Shown piece by piece: positions 26,045 to 38,507 of a stretch of DNA of 64,000 bases. The DNA lies in assembly GCF_004010195.1 (NCBI RefSeq), contig NC_057711.1:82712046-82776045 (forward strand). The letters run 5' to 3'. This stretch comes from Chiloscyllium plagiosum. Lineage: Eukaryota. The first letter of the stretch is position 1; the number at the start of each line of letters is the position of its first letter. Below the pieces are notes generated by a model. It was not told the DNA's origin. It did not search any database and saw only the letters and a program-made list of their open reading frames with translations. A program made the translations under genes and the position numbers.

Positions 26045-26228
26045 ATTGTCACTCTCTGGAGATGCATGTTGCATAGAAGTTCAATGTTGTACTGACCTTC
26101 ACAGACACCAGGAGAGGATGCCCTCTCCAAACTCCCAATTCCAAGCATTTGACATAGTTCAATCAGTATCCCAATGCATCATCGACACTGCACCTTGCTC
26201 ATCCCCAGGAAATGGATGTGTGGGCAAG
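26045..26228 (-). mobile_element. PIF/Harbinger transposase N-terminal fossil
   Basis: Minus translation with a frameshift: PHIHFLGMSKVQCR*CI..ELCQML..GHPLLVSVKVSTTLNFYAT. This resembles the HARBI1-type segment ..L.V..KV..AL.F.ATGSFQ. Confidence 0.55.
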
Positions 26229-26779
26229 AATTACTGGTTCTCCTTTGTACCCAAGGCATCTTTTAAGCCCTATAGTTGTGACTTCTCCTTGAGCAGGGTG
26301 CTCCTTTGCCTTCACAATGGCCTCATGTTGCTTCTGGTCATCAGGCTTGGTCCTCCTGGATCTGCCTTTGCCTTCTGCAGACTCTGAAGAAGGTAGTCAC
26401 AGTTACAAACATTCCAGCAGCAACTCGACGCATAACTCTTGTTGGTAACGCCATTTGTCAGGGACATAAGGAGCAAAACAGGATCTTATCTCTGAGCATA
26501 ATCAGTTCTGGTTCATCCTGCCAATGAGGGCGTCACACACTCCTCTATACAGTGGGATGTGCAGCACCCTGACGAAGAAGGTCATGTTTCCATTTTTCAT
26601 TCAGCTTCAGCCTCAGCGTGGGCAGTAACTTGGTGAAGGTGCTATACCAGTTGAGTGACCAACCCATTCCGTTAAAAAGGGCATGCCTGTTGCGCTTTGA
26701 ACTCCTTCATATCCCACAACATATCTGCCATGAATCTTCTTATTACATACGGTAGAGGCCATCATAATAAAGTAAACTT

Positions 26780-26862
26780 AAAGCCAATGTGGGAATTGAA
26801 TCAGTGCTGTTGGTATCACTCTGTATCACAAACCAGCTGTCCAGTCAACTGAACTAACTGAC
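26780..26862 (-). mobile_element. tRNA-derived SINE head fragment
   Basis: Reverse complement shows A-box-like tagttcagttgactgg and B-box-like gattcaattccc; no complete cloverleaf. Confidence 0.45.
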
Positions 26863-26879
26863 CCCCCTCCCACTCTAAT

Positions 26880-29800
26880 TTCTTTTACAGAAATTTACTT
26901 TATTCATAAAAAAGGAAATGTTTATGTACATCCACAGTTACTAAAGCAGTTCATACATATGCAGCTTTTGCGTACAGAGAAGAAAACAAAGATTGGGGTT
27001 TGACTCTCATTAGTTATTACTAATCTAAAGGCATTTCTTAATTATGCTAGGTATTAGAACTATTTACATGTTTCTGAGACATCTGGAGGGTCCAATAACT
27101 GAAGGGACCCTGTATACTTTGGCAGAAAGACCTAGAACATGACCTGTCCCCCATCACACCTTGGTAGCAGCTGCCCGAAGCATTAGTGAATCTCTTAGCA
27201 TATAGTCCTCGACATTGCCAATGTGCCAGACTGCAACACTTGATCGGGGTTAGCTTTTTCAATTGGAAAATGAGCAAGTTTTGCGCAGACCAAAGAGCTT
27301 CATTTACTGAGTTGATGATCTTCCAGGCATTTGTCTCAATATGCATCCTAGGGAACAGACTATAGAGCATGGAGTCCAGTATAACAGAGGTGCTCAGGAT
27401 GAACCTCAATGAAAACCACTGCATCTCTGCCCAAGACCTCCTTTGCAAAGGCACAATCCAGCAGGAGATGAGTTACAGTCTCTACCTCCTCCCGCAGCCA
27501 CTTTGAAAGCAGTGTATAGTGCTGCAGATAGTCCGGACATACATGAAAGATCTCATAGTTAATGCCCTTCTCACCACCAGCCAAGTGGAGTCTTTTTGGA
27601 AAGTTCTGGCGATGAAGTATTCTGCCAAATGACTTTGACAGTCTGCTCAGGGAACCATCCGACAAGATCAATCCTCTCCTTTACCCGCAGGGTCTTGGAG
27701 ATGCTACACCCTGACCACTTGCTGATGGACCTGTGGTCAGAGGTGTTTTTCTTTGTAAATTTCTCCATGAAGGACGGGACAGTCCAATTACTTGGAGCAC
27801 TACTTGGCAACAAGGCCAGACCCATCCTTCACAACACCGGGGACAGGTAGAACTTCAGCACATAGTGACACTTGGTGTTTGCAAACTGAGGGACCACGCA
27901 CAGCTTGACACAGCCACATGTGAGGATGGCATTCAGGATGATGATGGAGTTGTCCCAACCTTCTCATTATCCAAAGCATTGTAGATACTGTCCCTGTGGA
28001 CACTGTCCACCTTCAATTTTCAATTGAAATATAAGATGGCTCAGGTGACTGAAGTGATGCAATTTTAGGGAATAGGCTAGATTTGCACCACATACAACAG
28101 GAGAGAGAGTGCTTTACATCTGATGACCAGGTTTTTACCCACAATGGAGAGGGAGTGATTCTCCCATCTGCCTAGTTTTTGTCTCACCTTGGTGATATGC
28201 TCCTCCCAGATTTTGGCACATCCCCAGCCCCTCCAAACCAAATACCCAGCATCTTCAGGTAATCTGTCCTGACAGTGAAGGAGATAAAGGATCAGTTGGT
28301 CCGGTTCCCAGAAGACATGGCCTCGCTCTTGCCTCTTTTACCTTGGTACTTGAGGCTAGTTTCGAATTGGTTGCAGATGCCCATGAATCTGTGCACTGAC
28401 AGAGGATCTGAGCAGAAATGGCAAGTTCCTCTATGTATAGGGAGGCTTTGACCTGCAGTCAGCCCTCTCAAGCTCACATCTTTCCTGATGGACTTAGCAA
28501 AGGGCTCCATACATCACACAAACAAGGCAGGAGAGAGACGACAGCCCTGCCTGACTCTGGATCTGAATAGAAAGCTTTCTGATTCAGTTGATTGAATCTG
28601 CACTACTGACATTGATGTACAGCAGTCAGATCGAATTGCAGATACCCTCCCCAAAGCCCATTTTGGAGAGTACATCTCTCATGTAGGTGTGTGGGATCCT
28701 GTTAAAAGCCCTTTCCTGGTCCAGGCTGAGAAGGCAAGTGTCCACCCTCCTGTCCTGCACGTAAGCGATCGTATCCCTGAGGAGCCGAGGATCTTAGACA
28801 GCAGCCTGCCGAGTACAGCACAGGTTTGATTGGGGTGAAACCCATCCCAGAGCAGTCCTGACCTGGTTGGTGATAACCTTAGACAGGATTTTGTAATCAA
28901 CATCCAACAGTGAAATTGGTCACCAATTCTTAATTTCCATCCCTCTCCCCCTTCCGCTTGTAAATGAGGATGACGATACTTTTCCTCATGGATTTGCAGA
29001 TGGTACCTGCCAAAAGCATACTGTTGTACACTCCAGCAGGTCCTGGCTGATCAAGTCCCACAGAACAGAATACAACTCAGCTGCTAAACTCTCGCTTCTG
29101 GTAGTTTTATTTTTTTCAAAGGACTTGAGGGCCTTGGTCAACTTGTCCAGAGATAACGGCTGGTCCACTCTCTCCTGCACCCTGTTGTCTAAGATCTCCA
29201 TGATAGCGGACAGGAATGACTGGGAGGCCATGATGTCAGTGGGCTTTGTATCATAAAATCTGGCATTAAAGGATTTGCTAATCCTCAGGATGTCAAACTG
29301 AAATGATGTTACCGAACCATCTTCTTGCTTCAGGCTGCTGATCACAGAGCTCTCTCTGTGCACCTTTTTGAAGAAGAAATATGAGTATGTCTTATTCTGC
29401 TCCATGGAGCAGATTCTGGACCAGAAGATTATTTTGGAGACCTCTGAGGTAAAGAGTGAGACTCGCTGGCTCTTCACCTTCTGGAGATCCTCCATGACTT
29501 TGACCCCCATCGACTGCAGCAGGTGTAAGTTCTGTATGCTTTTCTGGAGATTGTACAGTTTTCCCCACCTCTGTCTCACTTTCTGAACACCTTTGCAGAT
29601 AAAAAGACTTCTTGATGTTTCTTTTGACTATTTCCCATTAGTCTGCTGGAAACTCAAAGAAGGGTTTCATGGTTCTCCCAACTGTGTAATTCTTTTTGAG
29701 TTCTTCAATATTTTCTGGGCTCAATGGTTTCACATTCAGCTTCCACATTCCCTTGCCCGACCACTGGTCATCCTGTAGGTGACAGTCAGCCAGCAGGAGG

Positions 29801-30110
29801 TGGTGGTCAAAGAAGAGCACTTGCTTGACATCAGTGGTTCTGACTGAGAACGCTTGGGACACAAGCAGGAAATCTATCCTTGAGCAGATAGATCTGTATG
29901 GTCGCGACCAAGTGTATCTATGCTATACTCTGTCTGCAAGGGTGCTGAAGACATCGTGCAACATGGTGTCTTTAACCATTTCCATCAGGAATCCAGAAGT
30001 GGTGCCCAATATGCTGGGCATCCCTCCGGATCGTCCATCCACATCGATGATGCAGTTGAAGTGTCTGGTCAGAATGACCAGCCTGAATGTTGCCAATAGC
30101 AGTGGTAGTC
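26880..30110 (-). mobile_element. Tx1/L1-clade LINE ORF2, degenerate (endonuclease, RT and C-terminal CCHC)
   Basis: Minus peptides FFDHHLL (SDH), GKGMWKLNV, EQNKTYSYFFFKK, KNKTTRSESLAAELY (cf. KSPG.DGL..EFY) and ETVTHLLLDCAFAKEV. AATAAA on the minus strand at 26899-26904 with an A-rich end. Confidence 0.85.
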
Positions 30111-31354
30111 TCAGTCACCTCAGAGATGGTGAAGTTGCCTCCCTGCAACAGAATACACAGGTTGGTGGAACGTGAATCATTTCCCCCTTTCCAAATTGAA
30201 AGCCTATGGGCCAACAAGCTTGTCTATTTCCTGTAATTGCTAAAGTGTGGTATCCTGCACTCCTGCCCATGCATGCGTAGTGGATGATGGAGCATTTGCT
30301 TCCACCTCCAACATTCCCTTTGCAGGTGTCACAAGTTTTGGGTCACATTCATCTCTTTTTAGGTCATTGGTATCACAATGACACAGAAGTTAGTGACAAT
30401 GTTCAATTTGCAAGGACCAATGGCATGATTCAAATTGCTTCTGATGAACGCTTGAACCCCAGGCATATACTTCATATGTTTGCTCCTACAATGTCCTAAC
30501 ATCCAACAGACATGGATCCCATCAAGGTTTTGCCCATCTCACACTGATTCTGTCCTCTTCAGGCTTTGTCCCAGCCACGCCAAATGACCAGGAAGTTTTA
30601 CCTTATTCACTCAGCCACCAATCATGCACCCACCCACCCCTTTAACCACACATCTATTCATTTACCTACCTACTCACTCACTCCACTGAAAACCTTCAAA
30701 CACCAACTTGAATAGTGCAGTTGATATTGTATTGTGTCCTCTTTGCTGGATTTGACAGTTCTTTGTAAATGTCTACATGGATGTTGGGGACAGCTGGGAC
30801 AGGAATTCCCTGTTTGATGGATTCCAGTAAGGTGAGGTGTAGTGATCTTTGTAATTAACAGCAATTGACCCCACTCGCTCCATATTAGAAGATTTCGCCC
30901 AAAACGTCTGTAACGAGGGGAATGCTATGATACATGAGCATGCTTACGATATCTTAATGCACTCACTTAATATAATTCCATTTCTGCTTTTCTTTGCATT
31001 GTAATTTTATAACTTTTTTCAGATAGTTATTAACCTCAAATAATATGCAAATGTTGTTTTTAAAGACTATCCATGCTACATCTGTATTATTTTCCATAAC
31101 ATCTTATGATAAAAATCTACTGCTGAATGAAGCAGTGAAGTGCCCTCTATTAGTTGGTCATTGACAGCATTTCCAGTATCTTGTTTCTGAAGTGGTATAT
31201 GTGCTTCAAATCTGTAGCATTGCAACTGCCTCCTGAAAGGGTTTATTGTGGATATACAATTCAAAAGGCTATCGTGACCAATGAGACTGTAAACAAGTGA
31301 TACTGGAGGATGGGAGTTGGTACAGGGTATGTCAATGATTGTTTTACCACTCAA

Positions 31355-32005
31355 GTTTAGATTTTGTTGTCACTTGGTACTCTAGTGCAGAAGTACAGGA
31401 GTATAGTGAAAAGTGTCTAATGTCGCCACACATGGTGCCATCTTAGGTACAAAGGTATCCAGGTACAAAAAAACTCAGGTACAAAGTACTGCACAAAGTT
31501 GTAAAAGAAACATAGTTAAAAAGTTAAACATTACAAACTTTCATAGAATAAGTAGAAAAATAAAGAAGTAGATAATAGTTAACATTACAACTTTAATGTT
31601 AACTATTAACTAATAGAAACTAGAAAAATAAAAGAATAAAGTTAAAAAGTAATTGATGAATGCTTGCTGGGGCCTCAATCTCCTCTACTTAGCTCGTTCT
31701 CCAGGAGACCTTAGCTGTCTGTTTTTGTTGTTGCCACACATACCGCAGGCATCTCTCACCATTTGTTCTCCCTGTGTCAGGCTGCAAGTCGCTGAGAGAC
31801 TGCCATGGGCCACCGAAAGACTCCCACACTGGGCCAGGAGGCTGCCAAGCCAGGATGAGTGGATGCCTCGCTGGGTCTATGCTGAGGCTGGGAGAAGAAA
31901 GAAAAAAAGAAACACAAAGAGAGAAAAAAAAGAAAAAAATGAGAAAGGAACAGAAAGAGCAGATGAGCTCTGGCTGAAGCATCCTACCTCTGCAGCCATC
32001 TTGAA
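31355..32005 (-). mobile_element. Non-autonomous retroelement with Rex1/Babar-like 3' tail (copy 2)
   Basis: 3' end ttgtcacttggtactc..tacaggagtatagtgaaaag; internal aggtacaaa repeats; putative 5' end rc tcaagatggctgc at ~31993-32005. Confidence 0.6.
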
Positions 32006-32574
32006 TGTGGACAAGTTGCATGGCATTTATTTTAATTCAATAACATGTGTCATATTAATAAAATTAAAACCCATCTACTTTTGGAACTGGATTAAAGTTT
32101 TTTCTCATTTTGAAATCAGCTATGAAACCAATATTTTGCTCATGGATGTTATGTGCTGACCTGATTCCAGATAAGAGTGTTTCAAGGTCATTTGTGATGT
32201 TCTGGAACTGGCTGATTCTGTTTTCTTTTACAGAATTAATTCTGAGAACTCAGGGTCCCTTTTAATGGACAATTTAAATAACAGTGAGGCTAATGGCACT
32301 CACCACCTGACAACAGCTTCAGGTACTAATACAAAAGCAAATACCTGCAGATATTGGAAATCTGAAATAAAACAGAAAAAAAGCAAAAGGCACTCAGCAG
32401 GTAGAGAAACTGACAATATTTTGGGTTAATGACCTTTCCTTCCTTCAACTTCTCAGTTTCCATTTCTGAGGATGGCTGATCAACAAGAAGTAATTATATA
32501 CCCATTGCCATTTAGACTGTTTTTCCATACTCTTTTTAATAAACTCATCATTTATGGTACGCATTGCTGGATAA

Positions 32575-33087
32575 GCAATGGCTCATGTGGGGCGGGGCAA
32601 CTAGTGGGATGGAGGCTCAAGCGGAGAAGGGATAGCCAACGGGCTGGAGGCTTGCACGGAGTGGGATCGACCACGGCTGGAGACCCAAGTCATGTGGGGA
32701 CAGCCAGTGGGCTGAACACTCGAGCAGAGTGGGGATGGCCAGTGAGCCTGGAGGCCCGAGCGAACTGGATGGTTGTTGGACTGGGGACTGGTGCAGATGG
32801 CTTGGAAGCCCAGGCAGATCATGTGTGGAAGCACCCTGTGCTGATCTACTGAAAGATTGTAATGCTCATCTTTTTAACTTTAACCTTATTTTTCTAACTT
32901 ATGCTATGAATAACTATAAAGTAATATAACTTTTTTCCTTTATTTCTGTATTTTGTATCTAAGATCTGTACCTCGGTACTTTGTACTATGATGATACCTA
33001 TATGGGGCGACATTATAAACTTTTCACTGTACTCCTGTACTTCCATACTTGAGTACGTGTGACAATAAAGGATATTCTAATTCTAAT
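32575..33087 (+). mobile_element. Non-autonomous retroelement with Rex1/Babar-like 3' tail (copy 3)
   Basis: GC-rich body, then cttttcactgtactcc..gagtacgtgtgacaataaa and an (attcta)n tail. The 5' boundary is approximate. Confidence 0.6.
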
Positions 33088-33089
33088 AA

Positions 33090-33930
33090 GCTAGTGAGAC
33101 TTACTTTTGAGAAGGTGTGGGTGAGATGTCTTTTTATTGGGAAAGGAGCTTCAGGATTGACCCAGCAATAGTGAAGGAATGACAATATGGTTGCAGGTCA
33201 GGTTGGAAGGGAAGTTACACATGATGGTACTTCCTGCCTTTTCTTCCCTTGTCCTCCTAGGTAGAAGTAGTCATGGTTTTGGAATGTGCTGTTAAGGGAA
33301 TCTTAATAGCTGTTGCAATACAACTTGTAGATGATATACACTACTGCCTTTGAGTTTTGGTGAAGGAGAGAGTAAATATTGAAGGTGACAGATCGAGAAT
33401 TAATCAAATAAGTTGCTTTAACCTGGATGGTGTCAACTTCTTGAATATTATTGGAACTGCGTTCGTCCAGGTAAGTGGAGAATAATCCATCACAGTCCTG
33501 ACTTGTCCTTCGTAGATGGAGGAGAGCCTTTGCGAAGTCAGGAGATAAATTACACACTGCAGAATTCCTTGCTCTGGCCTGCTCTTGCAGCTGCAGTATT
33601 TATACTATTGGTCCAGTTTAGCTTTTGGTCAATTGCAGCCCCTAGGATGTTGATAGTAGTGGATGAAGTAATGGTAAGTTTCAAAGCAAGATGATTTGAT
33701 AATCTCTTGCTGAAGGTGCTAATTGTCCATTGCCTCTGTTACTTGTCACATATCAGTCCAAGCCTGAATGTTGTCCAGATCTTGCTGCTTATGAAAGGAG
33801 ATTATTTCAGCAACTGAGGATTTGCCAATGGCGCAGAACACAGATAATTGCACAATGGCCATCTCCCATCTCTGATTTATGATGAAGGGAAGATCACTGA
33901 TGAAGTAACTAAAGGTGACTGGGCTTGCTT
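33090..33930 (-). mobile_element. Old LINE ORF2 3' fragment (CR1/L2-group)
   Basis: Minus peptide ..STYLDERSSNNIQEVDTIQVKATYLI; reverse-complement match to 40090-40380. Confidence 0.65.
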
Positions 33931-34572
33931 CCTGTCAGAACTCCAATCCATTCAGCCAGTTTCCTTACCTTCCTTGTTTTTGTTCTGTCGATGCCTACTT
34001 CTATACCAGTACTCATGATATGTTTACTTTTTACTTAACAGACAATTCCCTACAGCATGGTTGACAGGACCCTCAATTCATCATGTTTCATTTTCAACAC
34101 TTCTGTTCACACTCTTTCCTCCCACAGCCATGGCCTCTATTTTCAATTTTTGGTCATGTTATTTTCATTGTGAGCCCGCAATCAAATATACCTCTCCTTC
34201 CCCTTTCATTTCAGTATTCTGAAATTAATGTTTATACTGTGACACAGTGGGCCAATGCTCCAGCACTCCCGACAATTCAACTACCTTCACATGCAAATGC
34301 AGAAAATGCACCAACTTTCCTCCCTCCTTAGTACCATATATACTCGAGTATATATGGTATCTCAGGCACCAAACACAATTTCAAGGCAAAATAATAATTT
34401 ATTTGTACCTTTTATTTTAGTACCCTATATTCCACATTGCAGAGACCAAACACAAATTGGGTGACCACTTTGTGGAAGATTACCATATATTTCCTATGCA
34501 TGACCCCAAGTTTCTGATCGCTTGTTACTTAAACCATCCACCCTGACCCCACTTTGGCCTTCTCCAACTGAC

Positions 34573-35350
34573 CTCCAGACATTGGGTGGTAAGGGAGTGG
34601 CTATCGAGGAGACCTATGACCCGCATGTCCTCGGCAAAGTGTGAGGGAGAGTTAAAGTGTTTGGCCATGGGGCAGTGGGGTTGGTTGGTGCGGGTGTCCT
34701 GAAGATTTCTCTGAAGCGCTCTGCGAGTAGGCATCCTGCCTTCCCAGTGTAGAGGAGATCACAACGGGAGCAACAAATACAGTAAATGACATGTGTGGAA
34801 ATGCAGGGGAGACCTGCACTAATCAACCCCACCATCCCGTGGCCGAACACTTTTAACTCCCCCTCCCACTCTGCTGAGGACATGCAGATCCTGGACCTCC
34901 TCCATCGCTACTCCCTTACCACCTGACGCTTGGAGGAAGAACGCCTCATCTGCCTCGGGATCCTCCAACCCCCATGGCATCAATATGGATTTCACCAGTT
35001 TCCTCATTTCCCCTTCCCCCCACCTTACCCCAGTTCCAAGCTTCCAGCTCAGCACTGTCCTCATGACCCATCCAATCTGTCCATCTTCCTGCCCACCTAT
35101 CCGCTCCACCCTCCCCTCCAACCTATTACCTTTACCGCGACCTCCATTCACCTATTACACTCTCAGCTACCTTGCCCCCAGTGCCATCCCCTCCCACTTT
35201 TTTCTCCACTCCCGAGGCTCCCAGCCTCATTCCTGATAACGGGCTTTTGCCCGAAATGTTGATTTTCTTGCTCCTTGGATGCTGCCTGACCTGCTGTGCT
35301 TTTCCAGCACCACACTCTTGGCTCTAATCTCCAGCATCTGCAGTACTCAC
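34573..35350 (+). mobile_element. Neptune-like PLE 3' fragment with an inverted 5' segment (34573-34808 on minus)
   Basis: Minus GIY-YIG STHVIYCICCSRCDLLYTGKAG..LAERFRE. Plus segment 34815-35350 matches the reverse complement of 7418-7860 and carries a decayed hammerhead core at ~35233-35260. Confidence 0.88.
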
Positions 35351-36039
35351 AGTCACTTAGTCTGGACAATTTGAGTAAAATGTTTCATATTTGTGACAAT
35401 TTTGTGAATAGTGAGGCTTGATTTCCAATACACAATCTCAGTTAGTCTTGATAAGAGTGAAGAACTTCACTTTTTCCCACATTATACTACATTTATCAGA
35501 TTTTTGTCTGCCCATTTAACCAATCTCTATCAATCTGCATTCTTGTTATGTTAAGGCTTCAATCCCCTCATCCAAGTCATTGATATAAATTTTAAAAAGT
35601 TGAGGTCCTGGGACAGACCCCTGTGCAACCCCACTCATCACAATCTGCCAATCTGTAAATGATCTTTTGTGCATACATCATTTTCTCCAGTCAGCCTTCT
35701 ATCTACGCTAATATGTTAACCCATTCCACGAGTTCCTACCTTGCTCAATATCTGTTGCTACAACCCAGTCGGGAGGAATGCATTCATAATCAAGTCCCAG
35801 TGTTGCACAAGCTGAGACAAATGCATCTGATTCCAATTAAACCATTAAAAAAAAATCAAATTATCTGCTGACTGGCTGACTGCAAAACGCAAAAATAACA
35901 TATACCAGATCATGAACAGGAAAATTGTATTATAAATGCTTATAATTTAACAAAGTGAAGAAAGGTGGATTATTAAATACTAAACCATTATTAAACTTAA
36001 GTGATACCCCTTGTATTCCAAGTACACATTCAATCAATT

Positions 36040-36183
36040 AGGAGAAAGTGAGGACTGCAGATGCTGGAGATCAGAGCTTAAAAATGTGTTGCTGGAAAAG
36101 CGCAGCAGATCAGGCAGCATCAAAGGAACAGGAGAATCGATGTTTCGGGATTCCTGAAGAAGGGCTTATGCACATTTTTAAGC
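36040..36183. mobile_element. Short PLE 3'-end insert with partial inversion
   Basis: aggagaaagtgaggactgcagatgctggagatcagag.. identical family to 18302-18520; flanked by cacatt(c/t)aatcaat. Confidence 0.85.
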
Positions 36184-36389
36184 ACATTTAATCAATAACA
36201 ATGTACAGTGCAGTTACTACAATTGGGGGGAAAATATAGTCAGTGAAAAGAAACATTCTGGATCATAAGTCTAAGCCATAAAAGTAGAATGAGCAGTTCT
36301 CAGTTCTCTTGATTCTTATCAATGTCACAATCTTGTCTGTAAAGCAATGGCCAGGCTTTATTTCACTGGTTGATTAGTTGCACCTTTCA

Positions 36390-37270
36390 TTTTCCCTTAT
36401 GTTTTAGAATTCTTTCCTTCAACGTCTCCACACTATCACCCTAACTCTAGTGTTTGTGCCCCCTGATGTTTCTCAGCTGTGTTGATTCCACATTTTCGGA
36501 GCTTATATGCTTTCTTACTATTGCACTAATTCCGTCTTTAACCAACAATGCAACTTTACTGTCTGTTCCTTTTTGTCTGTCCTTCCTGAATACTGAATAC
36601 CTCTGGATATTCAATTCCCATCTCTGGTCACCACGTAATGTTCCCGTACTCCTGACTATATCATAGCTGTTTTCTTCTACTTGAATGATTAATTAATCTA
36701 CTTTAATGCAACTGTTTCATACATTGAGGCATATGACATTAAGACCAATTTTGGAGTTTCTTGTTTAAAGCCATACACCCTAACAAATGAATCCTCTATA
36801 ACAAATGGATCCTCACACATTTTACTCAGGCCTTATGCAGCAGAGCCACTATGGTGTAACAAAGTTGGCTGTTGCTGTTTTCACCTGAGAAACCATTCCC
36901 CTTAGCAGCACCCAAAGTGATATATCTGTTTTGGAGAGGAATAGCAACAGGAGATTTCTGCACTACTTGCCTAGTCCTCTTGCTCTGCATGGTGGTCACC
37001 ACTTCCCTTCCTGCCTGTGGAGTCTTAGCCTACAGCTCTCTTCATGTGCTATCCACAACAATCTCCACCTTGCTGATACTCCACAGTATCCTTAGCCACC
37101 TATCCAAGTCAGAAACCTTGATTTCCAGGAGCTGTAGCTGGAGATACTTCCTGCATACATGTTGGCCTCTGCACTGGAAATATTCTTGGCTTCCCACATA
37201 GAACGAGAAGATCACACTAGGACTTTGCATTCTCCTGCCATGACTTATCCCTTTAAATTAAATCTTTTGG
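36390..37270 (-). mobile_element. CR1 5' fragment (ORF1 zinc-finger/coiled-coil region and part of the endonuclease)
   Basis: Minus peptide HVCRKYLQLQLLEIKVSDLDRWLRILWSI is typical of the CR1 ORF1 N-terminus. Confidence 0.7.
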
Positions 37271-37277
37271 AAGATGT

Positions 37278-37881
37278 TTAGGGAGAACTAGCCATTTGGA
37301 TACAGAACTGGCTCAAAAGTAGAAGACAGCGGGTGGTGGTGGAGAGTTGTTTTTCAGACTGGAGGCCTGTGACCTGTGGAGTAACACAAGGATCAGTGCT
37401 GGGCCCTCTACTTTTTGTCATTTACATAAATTATTTGGACGTGAGCATAAGAGGTACAGTTAGTAAGTTTGCAGATGACACCAAAATTGGAGGTGTAGTG
37501 GGCAGCTAAGAAGGTTACCTCAGATTACAACAGGATCTTGACCAGATGGGTCAATGGGCTGAGAAGTGGCAGATGGAGTTTAATTCAGATAAATGCGAGG
37601 TGCTTCATTTTGGGAAAGCAAATCTTAGCAGGACTTATACACTTAATGGTAAGGTCCTAGGGAGTGTTGCTGAACAAAGAGACCTTGGAGTGCAGGTTCA
37701 TAGCTCCTTGAAAGTGGAGTCACAGTAGATAGGATAGTGAAGAGCCATTTGGTATGCTTTCTTTATGGGCCGGGTGCTGGCAGGTGGGACTAGTTGGGTT
37801 AGGATATCTGGTCGGCATGGATGGGTTGGACCAAAGAGTCTGTTTCCATGCTGTACATCTCTACGACTCTATGACTCTATG
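37278..37881 (+). mobile_element. CR1 RT/3' fragment with an internal deletion
   Basis: QGSVLGPLLFVIYIN, KFADDTKIGG, WAEKWQMEFNSDKCEVLHFG; (gactctat)n tail. Confidence 0.9.
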
Positions 37882-38334
37882 TTTCATATCAAATACTTTA
37901 AGGTCCTTATTCCCTAGTCTTCATTACTAATCATACTTACAAGCTACCAAAAAAAGGAAAAGTCACCTCTTCCCCTCTGCATTAAATATCCTCTATGCTC
38001 CAAATTCCCAGAAACACAAACTCACTCACTCTGGCTGTGTTCTTGCCCAACTGCTTATGCAAAGCTTACTGATTGCGACTCCCTTTTAAGTAGAGTTGAG
38101 GTGAGCTGAGATGACATATACACTGGTTCAGCTTCATAATAATCAATGTCTAACTGGTGCTACCTGTTAAACAGTGACAGCACTACATGAGAGAAGTCAA
38201 GTAAAACAAAGAACTTTAGGCTTTTTTGTGTCCCTATCCCTGGACTAGGAGGCTTGGGCTCAAGTCCCACTAGCTCCAGTGGTGTATAATAGCATCTGTG
38301 AACAATTTGATTAAGATGATAGGTTAAATAAAAC

Positions 38335-38507
38335 TAAAACAAAGAATTGCAAATTTTGGAGGTCTGAAACAAAAGCAGAAAATGTTGGCAAAACTCAGCA
38401 CGTTTCTGAACTGATGAAGAGTCACTGGAGTTGAAACAGTAACTGTGCCTTCTCCCACAGATACTGTCAGACCTGATGAGTTTCATCAGCAATTTCTGCT
38501 TTTGTTC
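38335..38507. mobile_element. Older PLE-derived insert with partial inversion (related pieces at 21490-21618, 32330-32440 and 40377-40476)
   Basis: Inverted arms aacaaaagcagaaa..aaactcagc / gagttt..cagcaatttctgcttttgtt. Decayed hammerhead core CUGAUGA-A-GAGUC-ACUG-GAGUU-GAAAC at 38411-38437. Confidence 0.7.

Noticed and set aside
31653..32159. 168-aa ORF with a Lys/Glu/Arg-rich stretch
   Set aside because: Produced by an A/G-rich low-complexity tract inside a repeat; no splice or homology support.
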